Shown here: in pieces, positions 7,972 through 15,289 of the stretch
How the letters are laid out: each line of letters begins with the position of its first letter
How positions within the stretch are numbered: the first letter of the stretch is position 1
DNA from: an uncultured virus (IMG/VR IMGVR_UViG_3300042869_000764)
Taxonomy: Duplodnaviria > Heunggongvirae > Uroviricota > Caudoviricetes
Reading direction: 5' to 3' (one strand)
Length of the DNA stretch: 20,000 nucleotides
IMG/VR virus record: IMGVR_UViG_3300042869_000764
The notes under the pieces: generated by a model
The model's database searches: none
The model's input: the letters and a program-made list of their open reading frames with translations, nothing else
Told to the model about the DNA's origin: nothing
Translations under genes and position numbers: made by a program

Positions 7972-10254
7972 ATGGCCAAAATATCCGTATCCGATGCAGT
8001 AAGAATAATTCCAAGAGACGCTGAATTTCTGAACAGAAAGTCAGGGCTAAGAGGTGAAGTTTTTTACGATCAAACAGCTAATACCCTTAGAATTTACAAC
8101 GGATCATCCACTGGCGGATTAAATTTAGCTAGAGGAGATCTTGCCAATGTGTCAACCAGTGATTTTAGATCTAAGTCTGTGGTTTCTAAACTGGCTACAG
8201 TCACATATCAGGTAACAATCACAGGTCCTCAAGGCGGCGATACAGGCAACAAATACAATCTTAACGGTGTTTATCGTCCTATACTGAATTTTGTAGTGGG
8301 CTATACCTATGTGTTTGTTCAGGACGATCCTACCAACGTCTACTTTCCTAACGTCAATGGAACTACAGTAAATCAGCATCCTTTGAATTTTTCCGCAGAT
8401 AATCTCAGTGGAAACAATGGCGGCGGCACAAGTTATCTTGTAGATGTGCAATATTACCTAGATAATGTTAATGTTACACAGGCAGTGTATAACAGTAATA
8501 TGTTTGCCACAGCCACTGCACGGCAGGTGCGTATCACAGTCACTAATTCTACGCCAGCTTTGCTCTACTATTGGTGTTGGAATCACTTGGCCATGGGTCA
8601 GTCAATAGCAGTAGCAGATCCTGGATCAGGAACCGGTAGCGGAGGCGCACTAAATGACTTGAGTGATGTTGTGTTAACAACTCCAACAATTAACCAGGTG
8701 TTGAAGTATAACGGCACAAATTGGATTAATGATACAGACTTAGAGTCTAATAGTTTTGCCACAATAGCAGTAGCAGGGCAAAGCTCAGTGGCTGCGGGCA
8801 CCCCCACAGATACGCTGACACTAGTGGCAGGCGCAGGTATAACCCTCACAACTAATGCTGGCACAGATGCCATTACAATTACCAGCACAGCCAGCACAGG
8901 CAACATAACATTTGTTGCTAACACCATAGACAGCACAGACAGCACAGCTATCACTGTAACTCCTGCTGTAAATTTTGAATCAGATGTGGTAGTAGGCAAT
9001 GAAATCGTATTTGCAGACGGCACAAGACAGAATACTTCTGCTGTAGGTGTACCTGGGCCAGTAGGACCGCAAGGGCCAGCAGGAGCTTCGGGAGCAGGTA
9101 CAGGAGATGTTCTTAGCAGTGGTGGCGGATATGTCGATAATGCTATTGTACGCTATGACGGTACTACCGGTACTATCATACAAACCAGCTCTGCAACCAT
9201 ATCAGATGCTGGACTACTTACGGCCACTAACTTCAGTGGTGGAGGTTCAGCACTTACTTCGTTAAATGCTACGCAGTTGACTTCAGGCACCATACCGGAC
9301 GCCAGATTTCCGGCTACGTTGCCTGCAGTGAGTGGCGCAAATCTCACAGCACTTCCTGCAACATTACCAGCGGCCAGCGGGGCTAATCTCACAGCATTAA
9401 ATGCTACACAACTCACCAGCGGCACAGTACCCATCGGAAGACTCGGGTCGTCAGGAACACCTAGTGCCAGCACCTACCTTAGAGGCGACAATACATGGGC
9501 TACTGTTTCGGGCGGAGGATTAGCATCTGACAGTTTTGCCACTATATCTGTGGCAGGCCAATCGAATGTTGTAGCAGATTCAGCCACAGACACACTAACA
9601 CTGGTGGCAGGTACAGGCATTACTATTACCACAGATGCAGGTACAGACACTGTGACCATTACCAACTCAGGTACTGGCCAAAACACTTTTGAAACAATAG
9701 CAGTAGCTGGGCAGAGTTCTGTGGTAGCAGATTCGGCCACTGACACTCTTACTATAGCTGCAGGCACAGGGATCTCAATAACCACGGATGCCGGCACAGA
9801 CACAGTGACAATTACCAGCACAGTCAGCGCAGGCGCCACATCATTCACCGGACTAAGTGATCGTGCAGATCTCACCATAGACCAATTTTATCTACAGGCA
9901 ATAACAAGACTTAATGTCACAAACAACGGAGCTAGTGCTTACAGATTTGACCAATATGGCACCACTGACGATCCTACAGTCTATGCCATCAATGGCACCA
10001 CCATAGCTTTCAATCTCAATGTGACTGGACATCCATTCTTGATACAAGACGGCGCTGGCGCAAATTATAACACAGGATTGGTACACGTGACCACAGGGGG
10101 CACCGTAACTACAGGAGCGTCGGCTCAAGGTCAAACATCGGGCACACTATATTGGAAGATTCCAGATTCAATTACTGGTAGCTACAGATATCAGTGTAGT
10201 GTTCATGCTGCTATGATTGGAACTATTCAGATTAAAAACTTTGCCAGTATTTAA
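7972..10254 (+). CDS. Repeat-rich fibre-like virion protein with N-proximal and C-terminal cupredoxin-like domains and a short collagen segment
   Basis: N-terminal GEVFYD...TLRIYNG..TGG anchor motif; HP...YYWCWNHLAMG and GHPF...YRYQCSVHAAMIG; LNDLSDV...QVLKYNGTNW fibre motif; three ~45-aa repeats; (Gly-X-Y)6; GANLTAL repeats. Confidence 0.8.
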   Translation: MAKISVSDAVRIIPRDAEFLNRKSGLRGEVFYDQTANTLRIYNGSSTGGLNLARGDLANVSTSDFRSKSVVSKLATVTYQVTITGPQGGDTGNKYNLNGVYRPILNFVVGYTYVFVQDDPTNVYFPNVNGTTVNQHPLNFSADNLSGNNGGGTSYLVDVQYYLDNVNVTQAVYNSNMFATATARQVRITVTNSTPALLYYWCWNHLAMGQSIAVADPGSGTGSGGALNDLSDVVLTTPTINQVLKYNGTNWINDTDLESNSFATIAVAGQSSVAAGTPTDTLTLVAGAGITLTTNAGTDAITITSTASTGNITFVANTIDSTDSTAITVTPAVNFESDVVVGNEIVFADGTRQNTSAVGVPGPVGPQGPAGASGAGTGDVLSSGGGYVDNAIVRYDGTTGTIIQTSSATISDAGLLTATNFSGGGSALTSLNATQLTSGTIPDARFPATLPAVSGANLTALPATLPAASGANLTALNATQLTSGTVPIGRLGSSGTPSASTYLRGDNTWATVSGGGLASDSFATISVAGQSNVVADSATDTLTLVAGTGITITTDAGTDTVTITNSGTGQNTFETIAVAGQSSVVADSATDTLTIAAGTGISITTDAGTDTVTITSTVSAGATSFTGLSDRADLTIDQFYLQAITRLNVTNNGASAYRFDQYGTTDDPTVYAINGTTIAFNLNVTGHPFLIQDGAGANYNTGLVHVTTGGTVTTGASAQGQTSGTLYWKIPDSITGSYRYQCSVHAAMIGTIQIKNFASI
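8749..9816 (+). repeat. Three ~45-aa intragenic repeats (approx. 8749-8886, 9529-9666, 9682-9816)
   Basis: Consensus (S/T)F.TI(A/S)VAGQS.V.A...TDTLT(L/I).AG.GI.(L/I)TT.AGTD.(I/V)TIT; the DNA differs at synonymous sites. Confidence 0.9.
9046..9099 (+). repeat. Short collagen-like Gly-X-Y tract
   Basis: GVP GPV GPQ GPA GAS GAG. Confidence 0.75.
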
Positions 10255-10330
10255 TTTTCTTTCAATTCTGACATTATAAATCAAATAGTTGATAATAGCT
10301 AATTTATTTTTGAATCTGAAATTATTGAAT

Positions 10331-10336
10331 TAAATA
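10331..10336 (+). promoter_or_regulatory. Late-type promoter core TAAATA for the second cassette
   Basis: gaatTAAATActcgtttg; TAAATACTCGT is identical to the context at 18278-18288. Confidence 0.55.
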
Positions 10337-10360
10337 CTCGTTTGCAAAGTATATGAGATC

Positions 10361-10960
10361 ATGAATCCACAAATTATTCCAATTTTTCCTGCAGCTATCT
10401 ATAGAATCAATCTTAGAAAGTTATCAGCGGCTGAACGAATTGCATATGACACTAATACCGTAACCTCTATAAGTAGACAAGGCAATCAGACATCTGTTAA
10501 TTCAACCCTGCTTGATAGCGATGTATTCTCAGATTTGAAAAACATATTCATGGAGCATGTACATAATTATGCTCGAGAAGTGATTAAAACAAACTGCCAA
10601 TTTTATATGACAAATTCCTGGAAAAATCAAAATAAAAAAGGACAACCACACGATCTGCACAATCACAGAAATAGCGTGATTTCAGGAGTATACTATGTGA
10701 ATGTTGCAGACAGTGAAAATTCTATCTGTTTCAACAGGCTAACATCACCGTTTTTTATGGAGTTTGAGTGCAGCGAACGTACACCATTTAACAGCATAGA
10801 ATGGCAGATTCCTGTTGAAGATGCAATGTTAATACTTTTTCCTTCCACTCTCTTTCACAGTGTGCCTGTAAATACCACAAACAACGAACGATTGAGTATT
10901 TCTTTTAATACTTTCATCAAAGGTAATTTCAATAATAACACTCTTGTGATCAACGCATAG
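10361..10960 (+). CDS. 2OG-Fe(II) oxygenase-fold protein, HxH type (TIGR02466-like)
   Basis: IIPIFPAAIY, SWKNQNKKGQPHDLHNHRNSVISGVYY, LILFPSTLFHSV, ERLSISFN. Confidence 0.88.
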   Translation: MNPQIIPIFPAAIYRINLRKLSAAERIAYDTNTVTSISRQGNQTSVNSTLLDSDVFSDLKNIFMEHVHNYAREVIKTNCQFYMTNSWKNQNKKGQPHDLHNHRNSVISGVYYVNVADSENSICFNRLTSPFFMEFECSERTPFNSIEWQIPVEDAMLILFPSTLFHSVPVNTTNNERLSISFNTFIKGNFNNNTLVINA

Positions 10961-10962
10961 CA

Positions 10963-10968
10963 TAAATA
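10963..10968 (+). promoter_or_regulatory. Late-type promoter core TAAATA (a TATAAT also lies at 10974-10979) before the rubrerythrin-like gene
   Basis: gcaTAAATAcactaTATAATtttactcattccGGAGatcatttacATG. Confidence 0.5.
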
Positions 10969-11004
10969 CACTATATAATTTTACTCATTCCGGAGATCAT
11001 TTAC

Positions 11005-11535
11005 ATGAACACAGAATTACCAGTCCCAGAGGGATATCAAGAACCATTAATTCCGCCCCCTGATCTTGATCCAAATACACCGTTGGCTATTCCAGTGGCA
11101 TTGAATAGCAAGACTGCAGCCAATCTTAAACTGGCGTTTGCTGCCGAGGCACGATCTAATGATAGATATCACTATTTTGCTACTGTGGCTGAAAAATATG
11201 AAGATGCAAATGCTACAGCTTATTTTAAACAGATTGCCGAAGAAAAACATATGTTTGCTCAAGGCCATTTAAAAGAAGCTATTTTAGGTGGATTAGGTGA
11301 TCCAGATACTGGAAAGCCATCAATGCATATTACCCAGGTATTGGAAACTGCAATTGCTTCTGAAATGCAAGCATCGGTTGAGCTGTATACAAAATATGCA
11401 GATGATGCTCGAGAAGACAAGTTGCCGCATTTAGCAGAGTGGTTTATTGAATTATCAAGAAGAGCATCTGCTCATAAAAAATCATTCGAAGACCTGCTGA
11501 AATACTACGATCCTGCCCCACCCGACAACGAATAA
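11005..11535 (+). CDS. Rubrerythrin/erythrin-like ferritin-fold protein with a degenerate di-iron site, no rubredoxin domain
   Basis: SKTAANLKLAFAAEARSNDRYHYFA, GHL.....GDPDTG.P, LETAIASE, LY..YA..ARED....LAEWF..L.....H follow the short rubrerythrin pattern; Pro-rich N-terminal extension. Confidence 0.8.
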   Translation: MNTELPVPEGYQEPLIPPPDLDPNTPLAIPVALNSKTAANLKLAFAAEARSNDRYHYFATVAEKYEDANATAYFKQIAEEKHMFAQGHLKEAILGGLGDPDTGKPSMHITQVLETAIASEMQASVELYTKYADDAREDKLPHLAEWFIELSRRASAHKKSFEDLLKYYDPAPPDNE

Positions 11536-11553
11536 GTTATATAATCTGTTCGC

Positions 11554-12108
11554 ATGAATCGAGTAGACTCAACTCTACCAATATTTTTACACCAAGGGTT
11601 AAAATCTTATCCAATTGATTGGATGAAGACACAGGTGTTAGCCGCACATCACAAGGCAGACTACAACACCGGAAATAATTTTCAAATCAACGATTCTTCG
11701 GGAGTGTTTCACACCTTATACAAAGATTTTTTTCATATTGCCAACCAGCATTTTGGTCCACTAGAATTAGATCAAAGAAATCTTGCCAGCTGTTGGGGTT
11801 ATGTAACGAACAAATTTTTTTACAAAGGTGGCATCCATAATCACCTAAATACCTGTGTAATTAATGCTGTTTACTATTTGAATATACCCGAGACTGCAGA
11901 TAGACATCAAGGGTCTCTAAGTTTTTATGATAATAACTTTCATGAAATCTATAATATAAGACCCAACGTTGGTGATTTGATTATTTTTCCAGGATATCTT
12001 AACCATCAGCCTCATCAATCATTTAGTTTAGATTATAGAGTTTCTATTAACATGGAAATTATTTGTCAAAATGTCTGGGGTGTTGACAACAACTCTGTTT
12101 TGAGTTAA
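11554..12108 (+). CDS. 2OG-Fe(II) oxygenase-fold protein, HxH type
   Basis: CWGYV...IHNH....INAVYYLNIP, GSLSF, PNVGDLIIFPGYLNHQP, RVSINME. Confidence 0.82.
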   Translation: MNRVDSTLPIFLHQGLKSYPIDWMKTQVLAAHHKADYNTGNNFQINDSSGVFHTLYKDFFHIANQHFGPLELDQRNLASCWGYVTNKFFYKGGIHNHLNTCVINAVYYLNIPETADRHQGSLSFYDNNFHEIYNIRPNVGDLIIFPGYLNHQPHQSFSLDYRVSINMEIICQNVWGVDNNSVLS

Positions 12109-12115
12109 TGATTGC

Positions 12116-12144
12116 TTGTAAAATCTGTGTTGATGTGTTATAAT
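12116..12144 (+). promoter_or_regulatory. Sigma70-type promoter with extended -10
   Basis: TTGTAA (12116-12121), 17 nt, TATAAT (12139-12144) preceded by TGn; the ATG at 12152 is 7 nt downstream. Confidence 0.6.
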
Positions 12145-12151
12145 CAAAGAC

Positions 12152-12880
12152 ATGACTGCACAAAAGATTATATTTTATCCCACTATACCTGGCATCGATA
12201 AGACAATGCCGATTTTATCTGCAGATAAAATCGTGCATAATTGGAAACAGGAAGCAGCTAGAGAATTTAAAAATCAAAAAAATAATCTCGGGCATGCCAT
12301 ACACAGCATTTCTAATTGTCCCGGAATCAACATCTTACAGAGTCAAGGGTTTGTAGTGCGAGCATGGCAAGATATCTACGTCAAAGCAGATTCGTCACAG
12401 GATAAAATACAGTGGAGAACTCCTATTGATCAAGAAAAAATCAACGGCAGTCCGGCGATTGAGGAACATCAAGACAGTTTGTTTAAAACATTTCAAAACT
12501 GGCCGAATCATTCTAGCCGATCTGTGATAAAATTTATCACTGGCTGGTGCTGTAAAATTCCCAGTGATTATCTTTTAATACAAACTTCTGTATTCTACGC
12601 CGATGAAAATCGATTCACTGCTCTAAGTGGGATTTATTCAAGTGACTACGGAATCAATAACATAAATGTTCCGGTATTTTGGCACAACCTCAATGAGGAA
12701 ACCGTGATCAAAGCTGGCACCCCCCTTGCACAATTAATTGCAGTTCCTAAGAATTCCTTGGAATTAGAAATCAGAACTGATATTAGCAAAGAAGAACTAA
12801 CGATAAATTATATATTGATGAACAATACTTTCGTAAGAAATTACGCTAAGATCAAATCATATTTTCAGGGAAATCAATAG
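12152..12880 (+). CDS. Hypothetical protein, putative dUTPase-like fold (DUF6065-like); paralogue of 5165..5968
   Basis: SISNCPGI....SQGFVVRAWQD, IKFITGW, SGIYSSDYG...INV, IKAGTPLAQLI; the last two resemble dUTPase motifs 3 and 4. Confidence 0.6.
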   Translation: MTAQKIIFYPTIPGIDKTMPILSADKIVHNWKQEAAREFKNQKNNLGHAIHSISNCPGINILQSQGFVVRAWQDIYVKADSSQDKIQWRTPIDQEKINGSPAIEEHQDSLFKTFQNWPNHSSRSVIKFITGWCCKIPSDYLLIQTSVFYADENRFTALSGIYSSDYGINNINVPVFWHNLNEETVIKAGTPLAQLIAVPKNSLELEIRTDISKEELTINYILMNNTFVRNYAKIKSYFQGNQ

Positions 12881-13401
12881 TGCAAAGTACATTGTTTGAA
12901 ACAAAATTTTATAGTTATTATATCAATGATTGGGAATCAAAGAAAGAAAAAATTTCAAAAAAAATTAATGCAGCGGCATTGGTAAGAAAGCCCGGTCAAT
13001 TGTTTGCAAGCGATCGAGGTAATAACAGCTATCAGTCTGAGTTTGTTGAAATTTTTAAGAATGAACTGGCTCTGTTTTCTAATGAAATTAAAGTAGAATC
13101 ATTAGATATAGGCGACGTATGGACAGTGTCTTATGCAAAAGATGAATTTCATATCCCTCATAATCACTCGGGGGTGGGATATTCGGGAATCATCTATTTA
13201 GATTACGATGAAACCTTACACAGTCCAACTTATTTTATTAATCCTGTAAATAATCCCATAACTGATCAAACAGAGATAAAGAATATTGAAGCCAGTGAAG
13301 GATTAATGATTATTGTACCGAGTAATATTTTACATTACACGTTGCCTAATAATTCACACACAATCAAAACTATAATTGGCTTTGATTTAAAATTTAGATA
13401 A
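12880..13401 (+). CDS. 2OG-Fe(II) oxygenase-fold protein, HxH type
   Basis: GTG start overlapping the upstream stop; WTVSY....FHIPHNHSGVGYSGIIYL, EGLMIIVPSNILHYTLPN; Lys in place of the usual terminal Arg. Confidence 0.8.
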   Translation: MQSTLFETKFYSYYINDWESKKEKISKKINAAALVRKPGQLFASDRGNNSYQSEFVEIFKNELALFSNEIKVESLDIGDVWTVSYAKDEFHIPHNHSGVGYSGIIYLDYDETLHSPTYFINPVNNPITDQTEIKNIEASEGLMIIVPSNILHYTLPNNSHTIKTIIGFDLKFR

Positions 13402-13411
13402 GGCGGTTTCT

Positions 13412-14098
13412 ATGACACATGATGTTATTCCGTTATTTCCAACTCCATTATTTGTTGCAGAGATACAAGGATTCACCAACGAAGAATTAGAATTTGTAAA
13501 ACAGTCATCTTTGTATTCTCGATACAAAGATGAACCAGGAAGATGTGTAGGATCGGATAGATTTGATATCATACATTTACCTGAAATGTCAAGAGTATGT
13601 GATTTTGTGCAAACACAGTTGAATCTATATGCTCGAGAGGTAATGTCTATATCTAATCAGTTGTTTCCTACTATCAGTTGGTTGAATCGTACCACAACAG
13701 GTGCATATCATTATCAACATCATCATGTGAATAGCATTGTCAGCGGAGTTCTATATTTCACAGAGGATCCTGCACCTATTGAATTTCACGTAGATAAAAA
13801 TTGTGTTTGGGGCTCATTAAAGATGTTTCCTATCAAATATAATCAATATAACACTCATAGCACCACAGTTGAAATCAAACAAGGAACATTATTGATATTT
13901 CCGTCCTACTTAGAACATTCTGTAATGAGATCAATAGCTGACACTGATAGGATAAGTTTATCTTTTAACACTTGGGTGAATGGAACAATAGGCCTATTAG
14001 ATAAGACCAGTTTTTTAAATTTAGATGCTCCAACATTAAAATTTGAGCCCAAAGACAATTTGAATGTGTTGATAGAACGACAACGATTGCAAAAATGA
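13412..14098 (+). CDS. 2OG-Fe(II) oxygenase-fold protein, HxH type (TIGR02466-like)
   Basis: VIPLFPTPLF, SWLNRTTTGAYHYQHHHVNSIVSGVLYF, GTLLIFPSYLEHSV, RISLSFN. Confidence 0.88.
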   Translation: MTHDVIPLFPTPLFVAEIQGFTNEELEFVKQSSLYSRYKDEPGRCVGSDRFDIIHLPEMSRVCDFVQTQLNLYAREVMSISNQLFPTISWLNRTTTGAYHYQHHHVNSIVSGVLYFTEDPAPIEFHVDKNCVWGSLKMFPIKYNQYNTHSTTVEIKQGTLLIFPSYLEHSVMRSIADTDRISLSFNTWVNGTIGLLDKTSFLNLDAPTLKFEPKDNLNVLIERQRLQK

Positions 14099-14622
14099 TT
14101 AAACAGTATAACAAATTCACAGACGAATGGTTGCATTCTATAGTTAAAGAACAAGTATTAAATCCGATGTTAGATTGGAATTTTCCAAGTTATGCAACCG
14201 GTGAAATCGATTTAGAAAAGGCGGCATTTGGTAAGTTAACATTTAATAAACAACAAAACATCAATAATTGGAACAGAGTAGAATCATTGACCTATGTTCT
14301 TGATCGATGGTTAGATCAAAATAAAGAATGGTTTAAAATTGATTTTTTAAATCACTGTATGATAAATTTTTACACTGCTGGTCAGGTCACTGCCTGGCAT
14401 AATGATAACTCTTATAAATTACCTGGAACATATAGTTTACTTTATTATGTAGATGATAGCAATGGCGGGACTGAATTTGAACATCAAAAATGTTTCCACA
14501 AAGAAAACACAGGCATATTTTTTGATTCTAATCTAAGTCATAGACCGATTGCGTCAACTAAACCTAGACGTATAAGTGTAAGTTGGGTTCTAAAAGGAAC
14601 AATTTTGCACAATGCTCAATAA
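14095..14622 (+). CDS. 2OG-Fe(II) oxygenase (HxD type, 2OG-FeII_Oxy_3-like)
   Basis: ATGA overlap with the upstream gene; INFYTAGQVTAWHND, SLLYYVDDSNGGTEF, FFDSNLSH, RRISVSW. Confidence 0.82.
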   Translation: MIKQYNKFTDEWLHSIVKEQVLNPMLDWNFPSYATGEIDLEKAAFGKLTFNKQQNINNWNRVESLTYVLDRWLDQNKEWFKIDFLNHCMINFYTAGQVTAWHNDNSYKLPGTYSLLYYVDDSNGGTEFEHQKCFHKENTGIFFDSNLSHRPIASTKPRRISVSWVLKGTILHNAQ

Positions 14623-14629
14623 ATTTTGT

Positions 14630-14908
14630 TTAGTTTTTTTGTGCCTGTGACCAGTCTCTGATTCTAGTTTCTAATTTTTTTCTTATAGCTGTGATATCTT
14701 GTTTCATTTCACTGCCCATGGTAGGTAGCTGACGACTGTAGATCATTTCCATATGCATGCTATCTAATTTTTTTATTTCTGCAACAAGTTTATTCAATAG
14801 TTGTTGAGATTCTTGTTTAGCTGCACCATCAGGCATTGTGTCGATGGCTGTGCGATATCGCTCATAATCTTCCTGGAATCTACTAGATTTTTGTAACAGA
14901 CTTGACAT
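14630..14908 (-). CDS. Small helical/coiled-coil hypothetical protein
   Basis: 92 aa of charged amphipathic helices; last gene of the minus-strand neck operon; overlaps the upstream gene. Confidence 0.65.
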   Translation of the reverse strand: MSSLLQKSSRFQEDYERYRTAIDTMPDGAAKQESQQLLNKLVAEIKKLDSMHMEMIYSRQLPTMGSEMKQDITAIRKKLETRIRDWSQAQKN

Positions 14909-15278
14909 TTTCTAACTCCAATATGGTTTCTATTTTCACACGTATTACTTGATTATTTAATGTAGTTCTCAATCCCGAGTGTAGTTGTTTGGGAAGGCAA
15001 TCTAAATCAGCCCAGCATACAGTCTTTGACGCCATAGTCAAAAACTCTTGATCGACCACGCACACATAGGTGCCATACTCAAACCCGCGATCTTCAGATA
15101 GATACAGTTCGATAGGAACTATACGCCCCTGTGCGTATTGAGTTAACAATGCGTCTGCATCCTCTAGAAGACTGTTATTGCGTTGAAAGGTAGGCACAGT
15201 CCATCGCTCATCATCTAAGATTAGAAATATGCGACCTGTGGTTTTAGCTAAAAATAATAATCCGGCACGCTGTTGCAT
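14883..15278 (-). CDS. Nudix-fold-like protein with an eroded Nudix box
   Basis: Likely start ATG at 15278 (MQQRAGLLFL), 5 nt after TAAGTA. AGLLF...TGRIFLI..W, F.Y.TY..VV..EF and W.....LP..LH.GL match the Nudix scaffold, but GX5EX7REUXEEXG is absent. Confidence 0.55.
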   Translation of the reverse strand: MQQRAGLLFLAKTTGRIFLILDDERWTVPTFQRNNSLLEDADALLTQYAQGRIVPIELYLSEDRGFEYGTYVCVVDQEFLTMASKTVCWADLDCLPKQLHSGLRTTLNNQVIRVKIETILELENVKSVTKI

Positions 15279-15283
15279 GCAGA

Positions 15284-15289
15284 TACTTA
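15284..15289 (-). promoter_or_regulatory. Variant late promoter core TAAGTA overlapping the gp15-like stop codon
   Basis: Minus strand ggaTAAGTAtctgcATG, with the same spacing as the TAAATA cases. Confidence 0.4.

Noticed and set aside
9046..9099. Collagen tract as the obvious substrate of the P4H-like enzyme
   Set aside because: Only six triplets, and only one Pro in the Y position targeted by collagen prolyl 4-hydroxylases; too weak to assert and cannot explain nine enzymes.
8749..9816. Repeats considered as a CRISPR array or a DGR template/variable repeat pair
   Set aside because: They are in-frame protein repeats with synonymous divergence, no repeat-spacer periodicity and no adenine-specific mismatch pattern; no reverse transcriptase or cas gene is in the window.
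8152..10134. Minus-strand ORFs within the 760-aa fibre gene
   Set aside because: Antisense mirrors of the repeat-coding strand (Val/Ser/Pro-rich); no independent signals.
12083..12088. Perfect TTGACA -35 hexamer
   Set aside because: No good -10 at 16-18 nt; the TTGTAA/TATAAT pair at 12116-12144 fits better.
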